Part shown: in pieces, positions 18,956 to 27,025 of the stretch
Position numbering within the stretch: position 1 is the stretch's first letter
Layout: each line of letters starts with the position of its first letter
Assembly: GCA_035575515.1 (NCBI GenBank)
Contig: DATLXU010000079.1
Coordinates: 1 to 64,000, forward strand
Source: Blastocatellia bacterium
GTDB taxonomy: Bacteria > Acidobacteriota > Blastocatellia > UBA7656
Length of the DNA stretch: 64,000 nt
Reading direction: 5' to 3'
Notes under the pieces: generated by a model
The model's input: the letters and a program-made list of their open reading frames with translations, nothing else
Told to the model about the DNA's origin: nothing
Database searches by the model: none
Made by a program: the position numbers and the translations under genes

Positions 18956-19765
18956 CTACGGTCTTGGCACGCCGTACTCGTCCAAAATTTTTTCGATGTC
19001 GGCGCGCTTTCGCTCGATGATGTTTTCAAGCTCATCCCTAAAGGCACTATCGCCGCGACGCACGCCCATTGAGATGTCGTAGAAAAATGGCAACGACGGC
19101 TTATCCACTTGCGGCGAGACCGGGACGATTTCAAGCGGCACCGTTTGCCGCTTTGCAAAAAAACCGGCGAGCGGTCCCCACACGATTGCAACATCAATAT
19201 CGCCCGCAGCCACCGCGTTGATGATTTGCGCCGACGCGTTCGGCTGCGAGTAGTCGCCATAGATCATGTAGCCTCGGACGTTTTCGGCTATGTGACGCTC
19301 CGCGAGCGCGTAAGCTGGCGGCGTGTAGGCGTTGTCATCGCTGATCATCTGGATTCCTATTCGCAGATGGCGAAGCGCGGGATCATCGAATGAATGAATT
19401 CTGAGGTGGCTGTCTTTTCGATAAACGAAGACGTAGCTTGAGCGGTAATAAGGCGCGGTCGTGAGCGCAAGCTCAGAGCTTGCGGGCACACCGATTACGC
19501 AATCGCACTGGCCCGTCTTCAGTTCGTTTCGTATGAAGCCGCGCCGCCGCGCCCACCAGATGTAGCTGACCGAAGCGTTCATCTCTCGCGCTACGAGTTC
19601 GGCGATTTTGTTCTCGAACCCTTCGAGACGCTCGTTTGAAAAAGGCAGGTTGTTCGGGTCGGCGCACACGCGAAGCACTCGCGTTGGTTTTGATTCACCT
19701 GCTTTGTTGGATTCGTCGGCTTTGCTTACTTCGCTTCGTTTCGCGCACGAAGCAAGCAGCAGCAT
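18956..19765 (-). CDS. xoxJ: quinoprotein-dehydrogenase-associated periplasmic binding protein (MoxJ/XoxJ family)
   Basis: LRVCADPNNLPFSN...GFENKIAELVAREM...CDCVIGV...PYYRSSYVFVYRKD matches the MxaJ/XoxJ family. ATG at 19765 (MLLLASC); the track ORF to 20110 reads through two REP palindromes. Confidence 0.6.
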   Translation of the reverse strand: MLLLASCAKRSEVSKADESNKAGESKPTRVLRVCADPNNLPFSNERLEGFENKIAELVAREMNASVSYIWWARRRGFIRNELKTGQCDCVIGVPASSELALTTAPYYRSSYVFVYRKDSHLRIHSFDDPALRHLRIGIQMISDDNAYTPPAYALAERHIAENVRGYMIYGDYSQPNASAQIINAVAAGDIDVAIVWGPLAGFFAKRQTVPLEIVPVSPQVDKPSLPFFYDISMGVRRGDSAFRDELENIIERKRADIEKILDEYGVPRP

Positions 19766-19790
19766 CAGGCATAATGCGAGCGCGGTTAGT

Positions 19791-19848
19791 GGGGGCAGGG
19801 CTTGTCCCTGCCCGGATTGGCCTTCGGCCAGTGAAAAGAATTCACCCG
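19791..19848. repeat. REP-like element: GGGGGCAGGGCTTGTCCCTGCCC + hairpin ggATTGGCCttcGGCCAgt + gtgaa..ttcac
   Basis: Read directly; same family. Confidence 0.55.
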
Positions 19849-19911
19849 CGACCAGTTTGATTAATGCGCGATTCTTTTCATCGCGCGTTGCGTGGAACCC
19901 GATTACGGGTT

Positions 19912-19938
19912 GCGGGCAGGGATCGTCCCTGCCCCTAC
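19912..19938. repeat. REP-like variant GCGGGCAGGGATCGTCCCTGCCCCTAC
   Basis: Read directly; the centre differs (ATCG for CTTG). Confidence 0.5.
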
Positions 19939-19991
19939 TGCGTACAAAATCGAAAACTGCTCTGCCATCCTGCTTCATAACCACCTTCGAC

Positions 19992-21842
19992 TCATGGGAG
20001 CGAGAAGACATAGAGCATCCCGCCTTTGGTCGTGTGCTGCGGCAGGTCGCCCATCGCGCCGACGAATCCAGCGGCTCCGCTCGCGTCGCGCGGGTCGAGG
20101 TCAGCCGCAACTATCGCGCCTGCCCAGCCGCCCACGCCCGACAGCACCGCGACGTACTGCTTGCCGTCAGGCCCGCGATATGTGACAGGCTGCCCGACAA
20201 TTCCTGAGCCGACTTTGAACTTCCACAACTCTTCGCCCGTGCGCGCGTTGATGGCTTTGAACCATCCGTCCATCGTGCCGTAAAAAGCGACATCGCCCGC
20301 CGTTACCGAGACTCCGCTCCACAAGGGAAAGTTTTCCGGAATGCTCCAGACCTTTCGCTGATTGACAGGGTCCCACGCGATGAACTCGCCGCGATTGCCG
20401 CCCGGCCCTGCGTACATCTTCACGTTCATCCCGACGTAAGGCGTGCCCGCAATGTAGTTGGCCTCTACGCCCTCGGCATCTTCACAGCAGTTATTGGCAG
20501 GGATGTAGAGCATCCCTGTGCGCGGCGAAAATGCCGACGGCTCCCAGTCTTTACCGCCTGCTGAAAAAGGACAAATCTCTCGAACCACTTTGCCAACGCC
20601 CGTCTCTTTCTCGTCGTTGTAGATTAACCTCCCCGTTTTCAAATCAACGCCCTTCGATGTCGTGATGTAAACGTAAGGCGTCGCCGAAAGCACTTCGCCG
20701 CTTGCGCGATCAATCACGTAAACGTAGCCGTTGCGCTCCGGCCTGACGATCACCTTCCGCGTCTGCCCGTTGATAGGCAAATCAACAAGAATGTTTTCGT
20801 TGACACCATCGTAATCGTGCAGGTCGTGCGGCGTGAACTGGTAAAACCAGACGGCCTCGCCCGTGTCAGGGTTGCGGGCGAAGATTCCGCAGGTCCATTT
20901 GTTATCGCCGGGCCGCTGTTCAGGATTCCACGGACCGGGGTTGGCTGTGCCGTAGTAGATCAGATTTAACTCAGGGTCATAAGAGATCCAGCCCCACACG
21001 CCGCCGCCTCCGATCTTCCAGGCATCGGGCGGCCAGCTCGCAACTCCTAAATCCGCGCCGCGATCCATCTCATAAAACGGCTTGAAGTTCGGGCCTATCA
21101 AACAATCAGCATCGGGACCTGTGCTGTAGGCCCTCCATGCAATCGCGCCCGTGTTTGCATCGAGCGCCGTCAGCCATCCACGAACGCCGAATTCGCCGCC
21201 GCTGTTGCCTACGAGCACTTTGCCTTTGACGACTATGGGAGCCATCGTGATTGACTCGCCGATATTTACGTCGCCGACTTTAGTCTTCCAGATTTCTTGT
21301 CCAGTCTCGGCGTCAACCGCGACCGTCTGCGCGTCGAGCGTGTTGTAAATGATCTTGCCTTCCCAGTAGGCGCAGCCTCGATTCACAACGTCGCAGCAGG
21401 CGACGCCTTGCGCGGCGGGCGAAGGCTGCGGGTCGTACTTCCACTTCATCGGCGCGCCTTCTTTCGTGAGGTCGAGCGCATAGAGATAATTCGGAAACGG
21501 GGTGACGATGTACATCGTGTTGTTGACGACGAGCGGCGCGGCTTCGTGGCCGTTCGTCAGTCCCGTAGAGAAAGTCCATGCGAGTTTGAGGTTAGCGACG
21601 TTTGCGGTGTTGATCTCATCGAGACCGCTGAAGCGGGTGTTGGCGTAGTCTTTTGCGGCCATCACCCACTGGCCGTCTTCCGAGCCGGGCGCGTAAGGGA
21701 TTGGCACGGGCGGGAGATTATTCTGACCGCGCTGCGCCGATTGTTTCTGCGAGCAGGCAATCGGCAGAAGAAATAAACAGAGCAGGCTTGCAAGCGCGAA
21801 CCAGTTTGCGATTGATGGCGAGTTAATTGATTGCCGCCTCAT
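19992..21842 (-). CDS. xoxF: PQQ-dependent methanol/ethanol-family dehydrogenase, XoxF-like (candidate lanthanide-dependent)
   Basis: Signal peptide, vicinal Cys pair (AAQGVACCDVV), 8-bladed propeller W-motifs, DNKWTCGIFARNPDTGEAVWFYQFTPHDLHDYDG (D-Y-D rather than D-x-A), C-terminal GGMLYVFSLP. Confidence 0.8.
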   Translation of the reverse strand: MRRQSINSPSIANWFALASLLCLFLLPIACSQKQSAQRGQNNLPPVPIPYAPGSEDGQWVMAAKDYANTRFSGLDEINTANVANLKLAWTFSTGLTNGHEAAPLVVNNTMYIVTPFPNYLYALDLTKEGAPMKWKYDPQPSPAAQGVACCDVVNRGCAYWEGKIIYNTLDAQTVAVDAETGQEIWKTKVGDVNIGESITMAPIVVKGKVLVGNSGGEFGVRGWLTALDANTGAIAWRAYSTGPDADCLIGPNFKPFYEMDRGADLGVASWPPDAWKIGGGGVWGWISYDPELNLIYYGTANPGPWNPEQRPGDNKWTCGIFARNPDTGEAVWFYQFTPHDLHDYDGVNENILVDLPINGQTRKVIVRPERNGYVYVIDRASGEVLSATPYVYITTSKGVDLKTGRLIYNDEKETGVGKVVREICPFSAGGKDWEPSAFSPRTGMLYIPANNCCEDAEGVEANYIAGTPYVGMNVKMYAGPGGNRGEFIAWDPVNQRKVWSIPENFPLWSGVSVTAGDVAFYGTMDGWFKAINARTGEELWKFKVGSGIVGQPVTYRGPDGKQYVAVLSGVGGWAGAIVAADLDPRDASGAAGFVGAMGDLPQHTTKGGMLYVFSLP

Positions 21843-22075
21843 AGCGAGGTTCTTATCAATTCAATGCGTGTTGCTAACGTGAATAAATCACACCGGAGAA
21901 GTAAAGCTAGTTTGGCTGTGTCTCAACTAAGTCCACAAAAAGACCGGTAAGGCGCTCATCAAAGTTGCAACGCTTATGCCGGAGATTATTAAAGGTTTCT
22001 GGATTGATTTATGCTGGATATGCGATGGCGAGCCGCAATAATGCCTGCAGCGTGAGACATGATTGCCAGATGCAA

Positions 22076-22588
22076 TCAGGAAGTGCGGAGATGGATATCG
22101 CACATCGCAGTCGGAGATTTATCCGAACGCTTTATGACGCTGAAGCTGCTGTTGGCTTCAAGCACGACGGCTTCGACTTCTTCCAGCGACGCGATGCCCT
22201 GACTGCGAACAGCCGCGCGAATCTCGACTTCGTGAACGCGCTCCTGCTTCATCGCGTCATAAAGAAACTCGCCGCGATAAAACAACAACTGAGGGTCGGG
22301 CTTGATTAGATGCCTCATAAATTTCGTGTTGAGGTTCAAAAGCGTGACGGCGAATTGAAGGGCAATTAGAATGGCGAAGGCTGAAAGCCCTTCGGCGAGG
22401 GAAACGCCCGGCGAAAGGATTGTCTGCGCGAGCGTCGAGCCGAGCGCCGTCGTGATGACGAAATCGAAAGGGTCCATCATCGAAAGCGTTCGCTTGCCCG
22501 AAACGCGCAGGAACGCAACGAGCGCGATGTAAGCAATCAAGCCGAACAGCGCCGTTCGACCGACTGCCGACCACCCATTAAAAAACAT
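22076..22588 (-). CDS. DUF421 (YetF-like) membrane protein
   Basis: N-terminal TM helices plus a C-terminal soluble domain pattern. Confidence 0.45.
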   Translation of the reverse strand: MFFNGWSAVGRTALFGLIAYIALVAFLRVSGKRTLSMMDPFDFVITTALGSTLAQTILSPGVSLAEGLSAFAILIALQFAVTLLNLNTKFMRHLIKPDPQLLFYRGEFLYDAMKQERVHEVEIRAAVRSQGIASLEEVEAVVLEANSSFSVIKRSDKSPTAMCDIHLRTS

Positions 22589-22620
22589 TAAACCTCCCGC
22601 GCCATTCGCATAGCTACAAG

Positions 22621-23226
22621 CTACGCGGCCATCTTGAATAAATACGCCTCTCTCGTCGGCGGAAACTGCATGACTTTGATTAGAGCGAACCCGCTTTCGG
22701 TGAACGCTTTCACCTTTCTGTCTGACGAGTACAATTCGAGCTTATAAAGATTGCTGACGAGCTTGCCGAACAGATTATCTTTGACCGAGACATTCAGGAA
22801 GTAACCTCCGCGCACGAGTTGCGCCGCGAGATTGCGGACGGCTTTTTCCAGATCAACGTACTCCAGCACGCCAGCGGTGATTACGAGATCGAATTTTTCA
22901 CCCGGCTCCGCAATCGGTTTGTTTATGTCAGTTGTTAAGATTCTCACTCTGCGGCTCGCGTCTTTATTCTTTGCGAGCTTCTCTCTGAAGGCGCTCACCA
23001 TCTCTTCGTTCAAATCGAAAGCCGTCACGGTCGCGTTCGGAAATCTTCTCAGCATTTCGAGCGAATATATCCCCGTGCCGCAACCTGCATCGAGAACTTT
23101 TATCGCGCGGCTGCGATCCAGAGGCAACCGTCGGACGAAATACTTCACGGCGAGGTTGTAGCCGCTCAGTCCCAAGATTGTGTCGTATGACTTGGCGATG
23201 GAAGAATAGAGCGCGTTGGAGTTCAT
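22621..23226 (-). CDS. class I SAM-dependent methyltransferase (small-molecule type)
   Basis: Motif I VLDAGCGTGIYS; post-I acidic FDLNEEM. Confidence 0.7.
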   Translation of the reverse strand: MNSNALYSSIAKSYDTILGLSGYNLAVKYFVRRLPLDRSRAIKVLDAGCGTGIYSLEMLRRFPNATVTAFDLNEEMVSAFREKLAKNKDASRRVRILTTDINKPIAEPGEKFDLVITAGVLEYVDLEKAVRNLAAQLVRGGYFLNVSVKDNLFGKLVSNLYKLELYSSDRKVKAFTESGFALIKVMQFPPTREAYLFKMAA

Positions 23227-23391
23227 AGGCTGTGGGTCGCGCTAAAAAGCTGCCCGCCTTTCTCGTGGTCAAGTTAAGGGAACTCACCGCGCCCTGAAGC
23301 TGATTACCTTATCGCATCAAAGAGAGTTTACTGGCAAACCGGATGCCAGCCTTTGCGCGAAGCTGGCCGTCTTGCATCCACATCGCGCTGG

Positions 23392-26300
23392 TTATGAACC
23401 GGGACCTTTCCCTATTCGGCTGGCGAGGCTCGCTATGACGGCGACAAGCTCGGCTGGCTCTACAGGTTTCGGAATATGTATGTCGAAGCCAGCCGACAGC
23501 GCGCGCATGCGATCCACTATGCCAGCGTGAGCCGTAAGCGCGGCAGCCGGTATCCTGCCGTTTTGCGCGTGGCTCTCGTTCCTCACTTTGCGAATCAATG
23601 AATAGCCATCCTCGCCGGGCATCTCGATGTCGCTCACAAGCACGTCGGGCTTCAATCGCTTAATTGCATCAAGCGCCTCGCCAGCCGAAGCGACCGACGT
23701 GACTTCAACCTTGCACTGCTCCAGTATCGTCTTCAGCAACTGGCGCGCATCCGGCTCATCATCAACAACGAGCACGCGCAAGCCGACGAGCGCAGGCGGG
23801 CACTCGAAAGGTACGTCGGGCCACGCGGTCGGGTGTTTTCGCTCTGACGCGCTCGCCAGCAAACGCTTGGCGTCGCGCACGATCATCTGCGGAAGCTTTA
23901 TCGTAAAAGTAGCGCCGCGACCAACGCCTTCGCTTTCAGCCTGAATGTTGCCGCCGTGCAATTCCACGAGGTGGCGCACTATTGCAAGCCCAAGACCCAA
24001 GCCGCTTTGCGATCTCGTCAGCGTGCTGTCGGCTTGGCGAAAGCGATCAAAAACATGGGGCAGAAACTCCGGGCTGATGCCTATGCCCGTGTCGCTCACG
24101 GTGATTTCTATGTGCGAGTTGACGCGCTCAAGCAGCACCTGCACGCGCCCTTTTTTCGGAGTGAACTTGATGGCGTTCGACAACAGGTTCCAGACGATCT
24201 GCTGCAAGCGCGTAGGGTCGCCCGAAACGGGACCGGCTCGCGGATCGAGCGCCACGCTGAGTCGGATTGATTTCGCGTCTGCCGCCGGGCGCACAGAATC
24301 AATGGCCGCTTGGATGACGGGCGCGAGGTCGACTGGCTGAACGTCGAGGCGCATCTTTCCGCTGATGATGCGCGATACGTCGAGCAGGTCCTCTATCAAC
24401 TGCGCCTGCGATTTCGCGTTCCGCTCTATGGTTTCAAGCGCGCGCGTGTTGGTCTCTTCATCGAGCTTTCCGGTGCGCAGCATGCGCGTCCATCCGAGCA
24501 TTGCGTTTAGCGGCGTGCGAAGCTCGTGCGAAACCGTAGCCAGAAATTCATCCTTGAGCCGGTTGGCTTCTTCAGCCTGCTCGCGCGCCGCTTTTGTCTG
24601 CTCGTAGAGTTGCGTGTTGATGAGCGCGATCTGCGCGGCATCGGCCAATGCTTCAAGCAGCGCAACTTCGCGATCATCAGCTTTGCGCTGCTTTGTCCAA
24701 TAGACGCCGATTGCGCCGAGCGGATCGTGAGCGCGAATAGGCACCATGACAAGGCTTTTGACGAATGTGGATTGATATGCCTCGATGGGCAGCCGATGAT
24801 CGGAATAAATATCTTCGACGACGGCGGGTTTATGCTGAAGTATTGCCCAGCCTGAAATGCATGCGGCGATGGGGAAGCGACGGCCCTTCCACAGCGGCTC
24901 GCAGGCATCCTCTTCCGCGTAGAATATATAATCGCCTTCGCGCCTAACGAAGGTTGCGCCGTCGGCTTCGGCGATCTCGCGCGCCACGCGGCAGATGGTC
25001 GGAAGCAACTCCTGCAATTGAAGCGAAGCTGAAAACTGCCGGGTGGCTGAGGCGAGCAACTGGCTTTCGCGCCATCGCCTTTCAGCTTCGGCGCGCGCAG
25101 CCTGCTCGCGCGCAAGCAGTTGCTCGCGCTCCTGCTCCATCCGTATGCGCTCGGTAATATCGCGGGCGATTTTCGACGCCGCAATGATCCTCCCGCTTTT
25201 GTCCTTTATTGGAGAGATGGTCAAAGAGATGTTGACCCTGCGCCCGTCTTTCGTCATGCGCACAGTCTCGTAATGGTCAATGCGCTCGCCTCGCCTGAGC
25301 TTCGCAAGAATCTGCGGCTCCTCATAGTGCCTTTCGGGCGGGATAATGATGTAGATTGTTTTTCCGATGACTTCTTCAGCCGTGTAGCCGAATATGCGCT
25401 CGGCCCCTTTGTTCCAGCTCAGAATAACGCCTTCAAGCGTTTTGCTTACGATAGCGTCATCTGATGATTCGACAATCGCGGCCAGGTGCAGGCTCATCTG
25501 TTCAGCGCGCTTGCGCTCGATGAACTGCCCTATCTGGTTGCCCGTCGTCGCCATCATCTGGAGCAGGTCGTGATCGGGTTGACGAATCTCGTGGCTGAAG
25601 AACTCTATCACGCCGACGACCTCGCCTCCTCCAATTATGGGAAAGCCCAACGCCGCGCGCAGTCCCTCGCGCACGGCAATCGGCGCGCGAGGGAAGTTAT
25701 CGTCGCTGGTGACGTCAGGAATCCACACAGGCTCGGCGCGCGACCATACGCGGCCCGGAAGCCCGACGCCAGCAGAGAACGTCCGCTGGCGGCTCACTGC
25801 TTCAAACTCGCTGATGTTTGCGCCGGGCTTGTGCCAGACGTTGACGCAGCGCAGAACTCCGGCTGTTGCATCCAAGCTCCAGAGCAGGCCAACCTGCCAG
25901 TCGAGGCTACTGCAAACGGTTTCAAGAATGCGGGGCACCGCGTCAACGAGCGCCGCCGATTCATTCAGGACGCGGGCTATTTCGTACTGGACGCTCAGGC
26001 GTTGTTCGGCAAGCTTGCGCTGAGTAGCAAGATGCGCCGCTTCGAGCGCGATGGCCGACTGGTTGACGGCGACTCTCAGCAGGAGATTTTCGGTCTCGGT
26101 CGGAAAATCCTGCCTTCGTGAGGCGGCTGCTATCAGACCGTTTCCTTTATTAAGACCTAATGGAAAGCACGCGATGCGCACTTCTCCCTCGCCGACAGGA
26201 TTCGGCGCGGTGAAACGCGAAGCGGGGGCGTCGACAGTCAGCCAGCTTTCGAGCGCGCGACCAACCTCTTTCGCTTGAGCCTCCGGATAGTTTTGACCGG

Positions 26301-26526
26301 CGACTAGCAGAGATTCAAATGAAATGCCGCCAGTCGCTTCGTCGAGTCGCGCATAGACGAAATCCAGGCGCAGCATTCCGATGAGCGCTTCGTGAAGGGT
26401 CTTTACTATCTCGTGCGGCTCTTGTCCTGCCCACAGCGCGGGCAGCGCCATGAGGCTGACCAGATCGTTGACGCAACCACGAAGGCGCCGCACTTCTTCG
26501 GACTGGTCTTTTACTATTGGCTCCAC
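23392..26526 (-). CDS. hybrid sensor histidine kinase / response regulator (GAF-GAF-PAS-GAF-HisKA-HATPase-REC)
   Basis: H-box ATVSHELRTPLNAM; N, G1, G2 boxes (DTGIGI, GLGLGL). C-terminal receiver VLVVDDEPDARQLL...DIEMP...K. Confidence 0.8.
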   Translation of the reverse strand: MEPIVKDQSEEVRRLRGCVNDLVSLMALPALWAGQEPHEIVKTLHEALIGMLRLDFVYARLDEATGGISFESLLVAGQNYPEAQAKEVGRALESWLTVDAPASRFTAPNPVGEGEVRIACFPLGLNKGNGLIAAASRRQDFPTETENLLLRVAVNQSAIALEAAHLATQRKLAEQRLSVQYEIARVLNESAALVDAVPRILETVCSSLDWQVGLLWSLDATAGVLRCVNVWHKPGANISEFEAVSRQRTFSAGVGLPGRVWSRAEPVWIPDVTSDDNFPRAPIAVREGLRAALGFPIIGGGEVVGVIEFFSHEIRQPDHDLLQMMATTGNQIGQFIERKRAEQMSLHLAAIVESSDDAIVSKTLEGVILSWNKGAERIFGYTAEEVIGKTIYIIIPPERHYEEPQILAKLRRGERIDHYETVRMTKDGRRVNISLTISPIKDKSGRIIAASKIARDITERIRMEQEREQLLAREQAARAEAERRWRESQLLASATRQFSASLQLQELLPTICRVAREIAEADGATFVRREGDYIFYAEEDACEPLWKGRRFPIAACISGWAILQHKPAVVEDIYSDHRLPIEAYQSTFVKSLVMVPIRAHDPLGAIGVYWTKQRKADDREVALLEALADAAQIALINTQLYEQTKAAREQAEEANRLKDEFLATVSHELRTPLNAMLGWTRMLRTGKLDEETNTRALETIERNAKSQAQLIEDLLDVSRIISGKMRLDVQPVDLAPVIQAAIDSVRPAADAKSIRLSVALDPRAGPVSGDPTRLQQIVWNLLSNAIKFTPKKGRVQVLLERVNSHIEITVSDTGIGISPEFLPHVFDRFRQADSTLTRSQSGLGLGLAIVRHLVELHGGNIQAESEGVGRGATFTIKLPQMIVRDAKRLLASASERKHPTAWPDVPFECPPALVGLRVLVVDDEPDARQLLKTILEQCKVEVTSVASAGEALDAIKRLKPDVLVSDIEMPGEDGYSLIRKVRNESHAQNGRIPAAALTAHAGIVDRMRALSAGFDIHIPKPVEPAELVAVIASLASRIGKGPGS

Positions 26527-27025
26527 TGCTTCACCTCAGAGCCGTGCGCATTACCGGCCCCCTTTTCGCGCGTCCGCAGCTCCCGCAGCATCTCATCGGG
26601 CGGGACGAAGAGGGAATTCTCCTGTAGTACGCCGCCAATAATTATCACCGGGTGCATTCACATTATATCAATGACCATCTCTCCGCCAAACCCGGCCATA
26701 TCCTATCCTCAATAACGGCAACTTTATAGCGCGGAAGAATATAGCTCAGGCGCGTTTCGCGCTCGACACGCGAGTATACTGTTTCTTTTCCTGTCTATCG
26801 GATTTTCGCGTTCAGCGCAGGTCAAGCCCGAAGCGATAGTTATTGCCATCAAGCTGCTGTGAAGTCGGTATGCTTTTGCATTTCAAGGTCATGGAACGCC
26901 AGAACTTATCTTGTTCGGGGGACGCCTTCACGAGATCGGCAGCGGTGCTGTCTTCCGTCCAACCGAACTCCAAGGAAACGTCAGCGGCCCGCCCGTTTGA
27001 GCAGGCCGCCGTGTTGAATCAACCA

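Noticed and set aside
19766-20110. Long N-terminal extension of xoxJ track ORF overlapping the xoxF 3' end
   Set aside because: It overlaps xoxF by ~120 nt and reads through two REP palindromes; the family match starts after the lipobox.
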